Source of the DNA: an uncultured bacterium
GTDB taxonomy: Bacteria > Omnitrophota > Omnitrophia > Omnitrophales > Aquincolibacteriaceae
Length of the DNA stretch: 64,000 nucleotides
NCBI GenBank assembly: GCA_964460795.1
Contig: CAYWRU010000002.1
Span: forward strand, 1,173-65,172
Direction of reading: 5' to 3'
Position numbers and translations under genes: made by a program. The number at the start of each line of letters is the position of its first letter. The first letter of the stretch is position 1. Shown here one piece after another: positions 24,001 to 25,155 of the stretch. The notes beneath the pieces were generated by a model. That model was not told where the DNA came from. It was given only the letters and a program-made list of their open reading frames with translations, and did no database searches.

Positions 24001-24961
24001 TCTCTAAATCGGCTATTTCTTGCTTCAATTCGGTGAGATTGAGGGCCTTTAAAGCCTCGACTTGCTTTTGATCGCTCGACTTTTCTGAGAAAAGAAGCAG
24101 CTTGATTTTGGGAAAAGATCCCGGCGGAAGCGCTCCAAGCTCCAGGGTCGAAAGCGTTTGTTTCAGATAGTCTAAAAGGCCGAGTTTTTCAGATTCATAA
24201 CGCTCCCGCAGTTTCATCCAGGATTTGAAAGCCGGGGGAAAATGCTGCATCCCTAAATTTTGAAATTCCCGGGTGAGCTCGGAAAGATCCTCTTCAATCG
24301 ACTCACGGACTCGAGCAGCTTGGCCATACCAAGCGATGTTATCGCGGTAATATTTCAGACTGTCCGCGCCAATCAATCGAAAATCGAGTCCATGGTCCCC
24401 GCCTGCCGCTTCGCTCCGGCGGGCAGGCATGGTCGATGGTCCATAGTTGGATTTTTCACTTTGGTTTTTTGGACTAAGGTCTGTGGACTGTGGTCTATGG
24501 ACTTGCGGCGTCCGCCGCAGGATATGCGCATACTCAGCTCCCCCGATCCGGAGATGATCCATCAGGAAATAGGCAATGCGCTGACGGATTTCGGGACTTT
24601 GGATGTCCTGAAAATATTTGTCCGTGGGAACTTCGCCTTCGTAGCCTTCTTCGAAAACGGTCTTAACTCCCCGGTGCTCCACAAGGTATTGGACAAGTTT
24701 GGCGATGTTTTCCTGCGCCTCTAGGGAGTCGTGAGCATCCTGGATGTAGAGGATGGTCTTGGCAGCGGGTGCAGGGAAAAATCCATCCACACGGCCGATG
24801 GATTCAGGAATAGAAATGACGGACGAAGCCGATCCAGTCAATGCGCTTTGGAGTCCGAGAGAGCTGGCGTAACCTCCGGTGTCACTCCAAAGAAATGAAG
24901 CAATGACGATCAGCGCGCATAGACGTCGCTTCCATAGATAGATGGAAAAAAAAGAGTTCAC
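1..24961 (-). CDS. Giant multidomain membrane-anchored protein. This is the 5' 24.96 kb (8,320 complete codons) of an ORF whose stop lies beyond the left window edge.
   Basis: The minus-strand frame with codons starting at + coordinates = 2 mod 3 has an in-frame TAG at 24968-24970. No frame-2 ORF is reported anywhere below it. All 16 short minus-strand ORFs listed for 1-25000 are in the other two frames, so any frame-2 stop would have produced a long listed ORF. The track evidently drops ORFs that lack a stop in the window. The start is GTG at 24959-24961 with AGGA at 24966-24969. The N-terminus VNSFFSIYLWKRRLCALIVIASFLW looks like a signal anchor. I checked the frame by hand at more than 25 positions spread from 404 to 24722. 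Confidence 0.85.
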   Translation of the reverse strand, partial: MNSFFSIYLWKRRLCALIVIASFLWSDTGGYASSLGLQSALTGSASSVISIPESIGRVDGFFPAPAAKTILYIQDAHDSLEAQENIAKLVQYLVEHRGVKTVFEEGYEGEVPTDKYFQDIQSPEIRQRIAYFLMDHLRIGGAEYAHILRRTPQVHRPQSTDLSPKNQSEKSNYGPSTMPARRSEAAGGDHGLDFRLIGADSLKYYRDNIAWYGQAARVRESIEEDLSELTREFQNLGMQHFPPAFKSWMKLRERYESEKLGLLDYLKQTLSTLELGALPPGSFPKIKLLLFSEKSSDQKQVEALKALNLTELKQEIADLEKEGVKKCLAGVREQKIFQTLEALSLLSKVEKITASPEEFKRAMKTLNEFKTDGLADFLAHETGRPILLSKGWEHKIKKAIRFYLTAHARDRIMEKAIRDFKSDPDQKLAVLVFGGFHKPAVLDALREQGITCQSILPMITRTSERHQRRYQKLMIGRSYAFEKLEIRNSKSETNLKFQIPNSKLNSKKIYGPWTMDYELSDQTARPLSSLARWQSMPFAGARAELRALESAALQVKSADPILQIREMEKQLAGEPVSQSARVPVGQYAHALKKSTGSIETGARVHSNRAEVRSRDEIFAPTYSGHVNYWRTYAALAESDGYHVEPLLKGSLLNLDVENDDFSDEVLNENLVTYFRKQGKNMMGLSPDLSDDPKRGYFHGTAQAMPFQDNSFDTVISIFLFVSHYHGLIVKDPGQSIEEFYDKAIQEVRRVLKNGGHFVIGADGNGEGKPADEHNQLLLKTLAKHGFVKTFSNEGFYVFQNQKTEPTTGLPGMTARGARLDDSGVTKAGEDSGEGVFAGIVPKKIQPQPKFRFQRWQWWLQPWVSSAMVFMEAGYMTTLKIATDTITTVRGNFTARGTFGENVPGTGAGDPPSLKLRRTSRHERSEVREGKESIKDAFEKQLRAVHLSGSQISWMKRFHKVLDRHLLGRRFEHWAILVLISTAGFIMNGLIRDLLGGFAIPLFLFPLSYLTIVWSHEMGHWMVAKYYQLKDLDSIRGVSISVSAGYTKFFTTPFGLTARQRVLIALGGPFVTLSIFVTTFSAFWNLSSFPFLTVMDGSCLLLAGTSFLGIFAGLADYLTALKVYQIRRLLSRLEEQAGIQKVTGVDYGFSRGNEILFASAEKIYFLSKHRHSRMVYPSRAESIQDVPIPYRLTLKLLDTMILDGKSYVLHEVTDFPHHLLPSNHPGAVQLPRSEVRTTEPRTFGRGTGAVDKKDGAATFDELMMWIGRFTGIMASVMFYGSRDGPHLNAPQKFKIHDVEISVETASHSVFEYSDIDFAAIARSAVEKYFAASPDERSEAELKKRGIHFQIHEFTMKSVKRGFGPAQWRLLLRVNDYRGETFFLKRDHKTRQEFETALEQHFIRYISVWLAHREHLKSKQLSENRVYASIRRTEFLKKFIPSAAGVSLGVWAIVLAFREFQVNERPAPSAPKKQSRAISRGIERLRDSKVFAYASLSFFLMLGIFAYYRESVSYLGGASSIDWKPLRTFASHYLNDALYVPGVTGITYLWTYAFLIILSLFRLSANTLKTWATTLRIMIVLRVIYFMIDGMGQEQGQFYKTEAGTWDPWDVVTYAVTGIFSLLFVYAASFAPFTRGRVRSPSSTQSAKSVPGTGAGGKAGRSEMRGNLLPIFLALVTPGIVGGLLYLVPRLWHLIKFFRIKSYWNWREQENERREESLRSISQNDRVLKIMEAIHKAWKTHGALGDYEALMNKILYIDMVISHHLAPDFSWDASGVTQFYQEDHDKALQYLEKMEIWLREMHKKNLTVESKADRGTLNHKLITLDQERASVQRLQDPYYVAHHVLDFMIDHPSLFPGIHKTVDAQNPKDWQKWQYTYQPSTTDRRSEIRGITREEAIRRLEAALKKTYFSGLADFDGNLTPDGSKEADESALLKIQNLLGEGIPYGLVSGRAEHVTDTDARARGVHDVAEVAHRIREGLSGAELSNFILFPENGSYAAWDELEDGRLVRKEVDLVKKYGVVAKDFIFTPEEREAILQDILKHLESRGFKHPFVFKEDKRYGFAAWVDIKPEWTTQNEVNRQINQMTAEVREFLQSHAHQKFHLFEPLATSVSIDIMVKGVDKALALRFMAERFGISQDEVVGTDDKASREGNGWSLTKHAAGFSTNEFEPDSEYQIPLALAWNATGLQAWLKLHEKLRFESSLDPLRIGVFADTPSLLQAMKAQLEKEFHGKILIESFCKIQPHYGALNWIVKRKRSLEDRWQIYEEGRLIAEGGLESMAHLLHLDFSRPVKRAEMRTSPSITENTENVPGADLDRGDRPMPFVPNPGESGKNALPSSGVNISKISNRSELRDMIFEMDAEAIRRRIHEIQKTYPHQAAFQFSIKAHSSALEIHVRSKGQIYSLDHVSGFFIHSDGKVYVAQTDSELSEKRTYKSLDADGVWSTLNAEALAPELFDQFQLIDKGLYYRAMLRKIIAFDPAAHPEPRMHEHSREFWTQLHRNFFQQALDYLNDEKAKKYPETNELRACRLHFKVFGGMDKINALLRAVLGSAAHYDRLLSDRNNPLWNLLREGHKINRLLVGLDTDLDPEVPKVMADASLMDERLDLDAFRKNTVTSLRVLNTQAESVQASEAPHQWRPGVEADNFLSVWANLSLGLRPYLRSEYELAALLKKVLDVRFLPAEPAGSSKGGLNLPPRLELTLKEPWIDPAAEFHGNASKPKSMKKVEVVILKSPLDPVPQSEDIPALEYDEAVVQAYAFHAGMSPEEKVSILRKLLVELALSRRLLPKTRQHARSFEARKLYSRLITRTDAEFQATQAQLKLEQDHELRTYGIQAPSAIPVGADKTLLSNFDQSAREIRRQLSPWTSAEFLKTKAGLNAAQNYPGFDNRAEFFVRFDTLSDFFFPVLALFLVPRKETAKGGSAWELHKNNIFPWETKFKMIQPLIDHAGPLLSRYLKISPEGSHDPAARDFYIALNLAFIVWMGLDSHDMLKEANAFYLRDRLNFFMQQTAPGQGGLPDFYHQWDAAVRESESLKLQSVGLETQMKQLAVADYSKKVSTELEQVFESYRTSVRRIQELSIVQKENTPPSFDLSSPEAFLASVEKIHNWALTPSLRSELRSNGEPWETRMAHFQKLIDFRKMLETGSVAEVETVIKTMPPEFREIGHIFTRLLDARRRDTSVRQAALPPAKPAPEPQTLSLEDWLVQDWPGGKNKIPAERQKLIDRASPILDLFAPVLRLFLTKKEGTSQALVSAADMGRFSSGISQVEPFIKILETLLPASEPIRKNLRDISDEKNKLGYLSVLNAAFFKQAGFDNPNMIKEPGALAAVRQTFIKLIQERFDPSGEWANLLDRVEVTDQRPEVAAEPGHDGALASLWEIVLQNPTDLLMALETQAEAVKEQLTQEKFQSTDFKVFVRPWKTASQFEEVAAQIAQEFVPQSDQANEKLRVLQLDKVEKFKNFILLLRTWRDMPEAESKKKKLFAAGIAYREIFLALSPEEQGRLSGCIKGVITFQADLEHRTQIWKGLLGGVERFLDPAKGDLSRAKEKLKALELQPLLPGMDETILHLARLKKTIQDREAAILAEKADRNARSGKIKTQTLLLDHADTLMRQLEKALEKNLVPESETLSSNKEEIEKNWAAASEPDLMDRVSKQRTRLEGILKNAADLKEVQEKAAAAEKLRLEQAAQRQKVQTLFDQALKSLQAGDVETAEAQYLAAKEALPPEMKPEFHETIKEVGHQVYQAKTRQVSSLSIPPRDLAPPSEPAKKVETALQTEARRIYELARQKGEWGGLNGFVQGVIQQLMSGKTLSSGDARRFRKYDPGQFKNEVHEAISVLAQSNLRSEIRAHTRPLSKAQKKWLKKRAGLYGEKLHELLQETSKAIRENDKAAFAQSMDSIKRLSDLLLRYGLMSSMSIYDINNPLAALETMGEIGDDLRKGKTRKEQMLQRLRMHARFLIRYSRSSKPTKFYTIKIYPKNFTEIHEVEPVRYDGSKPLELIFSPILTSGKPYQKRFVALPFTLRELEQVIEYKTRKKDPAEVKKYLEAYAQDGFGPVDFSRAQHRTRSSQRSEVRMGEETEMGLSDPLALTTTRLAGLVKGNSELVESFERRHLLTVPDDDRPYVLLDIENTELAIQEAEENIAELRERLPHLPEHVQSTIRNLLYRYEQKRSRLLGFKEVITGFIKNPQHASLKPWVGKNAYLIDELQKAQKRSEIRKINPNFAFDHAQRKASTAGNRSEVRGASSPNELEVSTPTKGNLDAASATQWNESAVFFPPSGFHLPGREARELYEFSEKVQAMYARMNQRMQRLLNDPQFDITPQFTPSNDSLFVMPDNPGLNPGAIRHPDFGPRLGGRGDNLNLNPLAEEPVLKRHLAITAHQMALWEALKELMKGSHPAAVLGASRGVAAAYYASGALSPEDAAELVYRGTQFLEAVARLSGERQMAVVSNISFGEAEKFLEEHHAALSVQYSDKRFAVSFPKGKGESLQQVVESRGGKFLLVLHDITSHDPSLVNEKTQDLFKGYREFLTSLKSRMKRPEIPLYSVLRPGELLDSPEKIIEEEIGSITHSLHLEKALPALIQKTDAKNVIGLGYGKNYFLQRLVKEGAIAPSVTASQALDSAGLQAIQESLNRSEIRSQPLEVQSTATLKFHMHERASTQIYGKYLANLSDPDEFEWRYRLIKKGRMGEEEFIVSPLGLLMNATELQPGAQIRIYVRSSQYSKEILDRLVTYAAFVFSHHEEVGTESVIDRIPTSASEKLILEERNRLVEDLFKLGLDLRPRPLDEMLEQLLKAQPKNDAADTSRSESGLKSVPPQTASRWRISPEQAEEVYGKIYTEMAQVPGWNGAVFRKSRTEFGYYASSDPKDLPGLVKELNLASHEPITFLDLGSGQGDLLFALALLNPNLHLIGIEGMQGFVRDGFEILDALVFQTPRIRNQIQMHAVDFYGTAASRLISKADVLYYYGFGTWDEQQLADTLAKSMKPGARFIVYKNFENIHPLLLATERFECLQGPNLQDSDSPFRTYQLRARSELRKSRAALRAFDTIISYFSTADFTLYELMSKISDVGRGGLHKALQQLLQCRLIRELEGLRNHAKIYRLNLQDLKRINEVEFLLGEFTERDNVAILAEQFQRIHDAQPLFSIPKEPVHFSQKLSEFGVSNVSTVHLNTYLIFEFMQNHFTDYPVRASSMFSLTEGMTQTTFNKQLGFLKELGLIYQSDKGGTINPADKKADLWFLAPKFADLQRTALGNALKNYAYHHNLEALKLQIQQALAGHAVEFKIPQPSTDADAADAELQKLFPEATGASSETPMSLGRFLSALEEVQKETQHPRENQIAKKMGITSFRLRRWARAYKINLRELGVWGLQFPKSKERFEVLIDQALQRLRQGNPVYQIMPIPLNDFAKELHVAGTDSIQNTALQYGIPLAQKGIVVPEVFMKLDSNASRILEAKARDHLAALGIKTPSLAAISYVLGAGNVRTTYASWLSAHGATQADAPLTETERTLLIPYYQHWRESLPVQRRNAKTQYIQKLIQTAEKRWQAAVHYRDATMGVRAKEALSAMGQETPAVSLRKKQHEKPEPPKPPALHMQTGMTGLKHLGMVRLARDKIERDKKRSEVRAEFNLEPINLAFGNPKAGIVFAEKLARYFPKGFPDDLDIEAIRKHWERKYRIRLTGVDLEPLFLAALEMKGQVPPLSSYNILRPAEPIDTASLFESDEADIILDRIRLVKQIYGRLSFESRKILMTPAVLAVFLGLRPAYVQGSVFDASDPSISPLYEELSRWHRVEDLGIGLVFTNTCIFSPYLLGAEVLGKKDLLLLTGSVDPEAKSHLDWLGEAYENNDLERFSEYSIALFSSLFDWMVRNPVSEPVIMGTFLGYPDSVIEDYHHAASEGELSRLKQQYLDFLGISISVKGESGYLQEEAERYLQKIEEALYEAYAYLKQEPDFKKIAEELSLPYQVFERQPMSFDYRNPESNGDSFLPSEKAGSESGVKVRRAPLLLNPPSEKPAELQGIQVASRSEATRVNLLALGESILRMEEQRWNRLLNGKKRYEQLLDYFRGRLHDSVASAAELQKEIEQYVEVPGLLDEEAVVSAALRLATQDPDQIEGRILEMASTVQQENDTAIQNASGRFKDVLAKHEPLWKNIAYAKNTASKLAARLHWENPIVETPYVTLAIHQMLYVVVLSVIQILNEPDFASRPETENVIAFLKWLEKQPKLMEEKVAEGEKPRLQPLGDLVLGALYLLSNTQDETAGAHLVASNLWALDVVIDRYNIRDDDKAELASEGKLAYQEFLPQFKPQNGIRFFEQAKPAAQAKIKKHLGKTTRHLRREVALPILASAVEGEEDRLEVLVDNSILDWFPSLDVQAMARFIQRFKGSLSGEEAFFFEKWKEDPNEALIPLWAKERGMTVQEAEQIFDRMMYQMRLAAVDSKIMTRDEFVRVLKIVELQKKNQKARTQRFRTGILRPLRDSSAALPTRIRWSSAQTVSKTPPRSEMRNAEEVVEKIFKNPVYGRDFIRQFRAPQKAQKQRGKAWKLLSNAETLILNEHFGVSAGEPNKSLEQITADHGMTMAATLHSFRYALQKILHNFDSYFPESSSQPLQYLQWNHTDYHGDMAFGYYGSPGMVQLYRSGDILRYKVSLKDRPIGTAAIAVRHGSIAYTEVTLPSPEDYELQSLLRYRLNEFMPRPLSESRSEMRSKKIAALLARHPQDLAGLSLNQAAGVMGILVSRLHAYFKKHPEASKQGIVLGHKPDAEHVLPEHLKNSDFVAKVLPDDGDEWTPLTEIEQRVVRDFYGLKGASKKSHLEIAKESGRSDRRDSNNFLRSARVKLESFYELGLWNEGPTPEVLNRETDFGFLGYSYRIGLPRWIKGLRENLGIKTLEQLRNASDKDLLGIPALGKIKLQQIKDFLAAYHLEKTPEGSAKRSELRKERRNTQEIFRGLQTKEMGIIFAEVMPEMTQEARDSAAQMVRNFSSVRKLYEEAAQSLKVSMESLTTQNADGISPPVFHLLTALLYQTALYKTWEENLHGKLKPAFLTGRGLGLVPAMLVSGAVTVHDFFPVLKKCLEKMDTQRRPYGVMTLQGTDIEMKSLLHKNPGEPGLVLLHDALPVSADFGFSHESSDALLHFPVQAPLFNESTRETDYRDFGRIDYPVWDLQTQYPFLSPETQMEILVALSRIPYHGVSMPVLSSSARKEKWLRSGADFQTAIADALSHPIYWSQLVKNLNNLSSEIKIKILVMMGAHDSLETITQDLAPQRSVVSLNTDHAVLQAVLGLMGVKGGFIFPWKSTVPPTTLSVETAVPGISVKIKTLEPGYWAESAWEEIKKQAADFPMKAEDIQWLETALHAGPLEAVFVEYPLDPLDPKLGTRIWLQSLISVHHQITFELPERAHLHSKAIQKALNTHRNDPEKIMSKQMQSLPFSVSLVKEDHAFGVHLVLDHRHPILVEVMKSRENDAVTSAMPPAIISVPAPSSMVNISKNPKIQIEVHPEVLSHLRDGRDGLPFLLSEMANQGFYFSHYATLRDIERIVASGAWYTVQIFPAPVTPSDSGNEGAIWVRSPLRRGLPHHLSTSDYHVYRIPTSLLPPDPSLIQSLSPELRERLAEETGLPIHEVRKRGLDPVADPARLNIYLNGTLVSNWLPNWGEDFYRKLENQRKVLAWLQTFPMGEHVTPQNPQLYRVLFEGPNRLFIREASWDVRADRDLPSEPGVAVAHPMNAIHRKGDTPSIVSPPKIPSVAPPPGYETPRDDQPDWHWQAAPDETLLITSGSEERDDGTYPFGDEEQDAPYQHPASRNNISIKAGPELAAAKAQKEDFVKRMRTHFLSLSWEEARREAFIEALFPFYQKWEKQAKQRDVNRPEKIFDEEVKVVLKRLQGVPQDQALEAVKVLAEKAPSANFVFYLDESLAQSLPVYPADEVREKLRDLIQRITVLDGKISRKNFVSAEWNIQDFRTEIFRLHRSIPGLSGEGHQREIYSLVMDILYETFRQASAFANQIKVRFGPMINALPDEEDVFRLLSRHPNEGIGLVVEVRFGNGSFEQLFQAFMFSGVSSDDFAYGFGLFLKKLQEANQPRLLTLFGPHYSQFPPVTGLDIILQRNGHSYPVPLTKLIRKTLEIGDPNQAALEFANGLGRMHLSEEKIFPRMATLTFPNASAADIDSVMHAPEPPAAPRSEVRLVQDQQKVVPRGRSEVRTKPMPTYLKKQEFMNALFPDRGRTWTPLTDFQAKLTKSFYGLKGEIKKNAAALAQQEGKKDRRNIDNFLQQARLKLESFYKLGIWRQDLTLQAWHEIMHRKTDFRFLGKAGVKLNQVHIRTLQQLLEILNSSHP
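149..331 (-). other. Sigma-70 region-4-like HTH module (copy 3, paralogue of 4460-4642)
   Basis: WTPLTDFQAKLTKSFYGLKGEIKKNAAALAQQEGKKDRRNIDNFLQQARLKLESFYKLGIW. It is followed at 1-110 by ...GVKLNQVHIRTLQQLLEIL, which resembles the start of another alpha-CTD-like HhH. Confidence 0.45.
3560..4140 (-). other. Second FabD/acyltransferase-like module with the nucleophile elbow degenerated (GRGLG instead of GxSxG)
   Basis: PAFLTGRGLGLVPAMLVSGAVTVHDFFPVLKKCLEKM, with GRGLG at 3851-3865 (frame verified). The layout is similar to 11150-11990 but lacks the serine. Confidence 0.35.
4240..4385 (-). other. RNA polymerase alpha-subunit C-terminal-domain-like helix-hairpin-helix module
   Basis: LPRWIKGLRENLGIKTLEQLRNASDKDLLGIPALGKIKLQQIKDFLAAYHL, compared with the alpha-CTD pattern L-x-LS-x-R-x2-N-x-L-x3-I-x-T-x2-DL-...-LL-x3-N-x-G-x-KS-x2-EI-x3-L. 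Confidence 0.4.
4460..4642 (-). other. Sigma-70 region-4-like HTH module (copy 2)
   Basis: WTPLTEIEQRVVRDFYGLKGASKKSHLEIAKESGRSDRRDSNNFLRSARVKLESFYELGLW. This is a paralogue of 149-331. Confidence 0.45.
5215..5380 (-). other. Sigma-70 region-4-like HTH module (copy 1)
   Basis: KLLSNAETLILNEHFGVSAGEPNKSLEQITADHGMTMAATLHSFRYALQKILHNF (frame verified 5282-5374). It follows the region 4.2 pattern L-x2-E-x2-hL-x2-hFG-...-(S/T)LEEhG-...-AL-x-KL. Confidence 0.45.
9650..9840 (-). other. Winged-helix (MarR/ArsR-like) HTH-like module
   Basis: YELMSKISDVGRGGLHKALQQLLQCRLIRELEGLRNHAKIYRLN (frame verified at 9722-9780). Pattern resemblance only. Confidence 0.3.
9990..10400 (-). other. Class-I SAM-dependent methyltransferase-like module with an intact glycine loop (DOT1-like spacing)
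   Basis: FLDLGSGQGDLLFALALLNPNLHLIGIEG (10256-10321, frame verified) is followed by VDFYG...ADVLYYYGFG...MKPGARFIVYKNFE. Confidence 0.55.
11150..11990 (-). other. FabD / acyltransferase (malonyl-CoA:ACP transacylase fold)-like module with an intact GxSxG
   Basis: AAVLGASRGVAAAYYASGALSPEDAAELVYRGTQF...RQMAVVSNISFGEAEKFLEE...KFLLVLHDITSHDPSLV. GASRG is at 11756-11770 (frame verified). The order of motifs parallels GHSLGE...MAAV...HS of FabD/AT domains. Confidence 0.5.
18470..19240 (-). other. HAD-superfamily (subfamily IIB-like) phosphatase module
   Basis: The DxD nucleophile motif is SGLADFDGNLTPD (19202-19240, frame verified). A C-terminal VKGVDKALALRFMAERFGISQDEVVGTDDKASREGNG (about 18510-18640) resembles HAD motifs III/IV. 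Confidence 0.6.
19890..20660 (-). other. Polytopic membrane block (about 6 predicted TM helices)
   Basis: Hydrophobic stretches: FIPSAAGVSLGVWAIVLAF, VFAYASLSFFLMLGIFAYY, GITYLWTYAFLIILSLF, TLRIMIVLRVIYFMIDG, VVTYAVTGIFSLLFVYAASFAPF, LLPIFLALVTPGIVGGLLYLVP. Confidence 0.6.
21560..22080 (-). other. Membrane-embedded HExxH zinc-metalloprotease-like module (peptidase M50 / site-2-protease-like)
   Basis: IVWSHEMGHWMVAKYY (HEMGH = 21905-21919, frame verified) lies within hydrophobic helices (WAILVLISTAGFIMNGL, FAIPLFLFPLSYL). A downstream ALGGPFVTLSIFV resembles the M50 GP motif. Confidence 0.55.
22670..23060 (-). other. Class-I methyltransferase-like module with a degenerate SAM-binding motif I
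   Basis: The post-I/II/III region is typical of the Methyltransf_11 type: GYFHGTAQAMPFQDNSFDTVISIF...EVRRVLKNGGHFVIG (22681-22885). The position expected for VLDxGxGxG reads SLLNLDVENDDF (22979-23014), with no glycine loop. Confidence 0.45.
23407..23434. repeat. Family-A half element (left-arm type), in frame inside the giant ORF
   Basis: The sequence gttcatagtccatagtccatggtccata encodes IYGPWTMDYEL and directly abuts the family-B element. Confidence 0.55.
23435..23524. repeat. Family-B low-complexity element (AAATTCGAA / TTTCGGATTTCG stutter), in frame inside the giant ORF
   Basis: The sequence is aatttggaatttggaatttgaaatttgagatttgtttcggatttcgagtttcgaatttcaag. Its reverse complement aligns with 44761-44800 (gaaattcgaaactcgaaatccgaaacaaatctcaaa versus aaattcgaatctcgaagcacgaaatccgaaacaaactcaaaaa). 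It encodes FEKLEIRNSKSETNLKFQIPNSKLNSKK. Confidence 0.65.
23560..24790 (-). other. ChaN / TraB / Tiki (EreA-like) superfamily-like module, interrupted by an in-frame repeat insertion
   Basis: The N-terminal motif KTILYIQDAHDSLEAQ (24731-24760) resembles a GE-H-x-x-H/E motif. The C-terminal motif LAVLVFGGFHKPAVLDALREQG (GGFH at 23651-23662) resembles GxxH. Motif-level resemblance only. Confidence 0.35.
24428..24506. repeat. Family-A palindromic element (GTCCATAG-type stutter arms), full copy, in frame inside the giant ORF
   Basis: The sequence is catggtcgatggtccatagttgg / T-rich loop / actaaggtctgtggactgtggtctatggacttgc. It aligns arm-for-arm with 32102-32181 and translates as VHRPQSTDLSPKNQSEKSNYGPSTM. 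Confidence 0.7.
24860..24961 (-). other. N-terminal signal peptide / signal-anchor segment of the giant protein
   Basis: Hand translation gives V(M)NSFFSIYLWKRRLCALIVIASFLWSDTGGYASSLG: a basic KRR followed by a ~14-residue hydrophobic stretch. Confidence 0.5.
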
Positions 24962-24983
24962 GGAGTCCTAATTGAAATGGATT

Positions 24984-25027
24984 TGAGCCCTCGTTTGTAG
25001 AGATAAGTTAACTCCGTCGAGGGCTCA
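24984..25027 (-). other. Perfect 10-bp stem-loop in the spacer between the maf stop and the giant-gene start (5' leader structure or terminator)
   Basis: tgagccctcg (24984-24993) pairs with cgagggctca (25018-25027), with a 24-nt loop. It lies 23-66 nt upstream of the GTG start. Confidence 0.4.
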
Positions 25028-25155
25028 GTTGCTAAAATTTACTCGAGGTTTGGCAGGAAAGCAAAAAAGGTCTTGGGGTGCTTTAGAACATGATCATTAT
25101 TGACAACTATTGCTCTATTAAACTACCAGCCAAAATCTCGGGGGGCCTGGCTGTT

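Noticed and set aside
578-24724. About 50 short ORFs (60-192 aa) on both strands listed by the track inside the giant gene, for example 1999-2553, 18386-18964, 19049-19540 and 24260-24724.
   Set aside because: All are in frames other than the long open frame. Their translations are Arg/Ser/Phe-rich and low-complexity with no motifs, which is typical of shadow ORFs of a real CDS.
1-24961. First impression that 1-25 kb is a gene desert, a field of pseudogenes, or a region translated with a reassigned stop codon, because the ORF track shows nothing longer than 192 aa.
   Set aside because: One minus-strand frame (codon starts = 2 mod 3) is uninterrupted under the standard code. The track lacks it only because the ORF has no stop inside the window. 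The flanking genes (valS and others) are normal under the standard code, so no recoding is needed.
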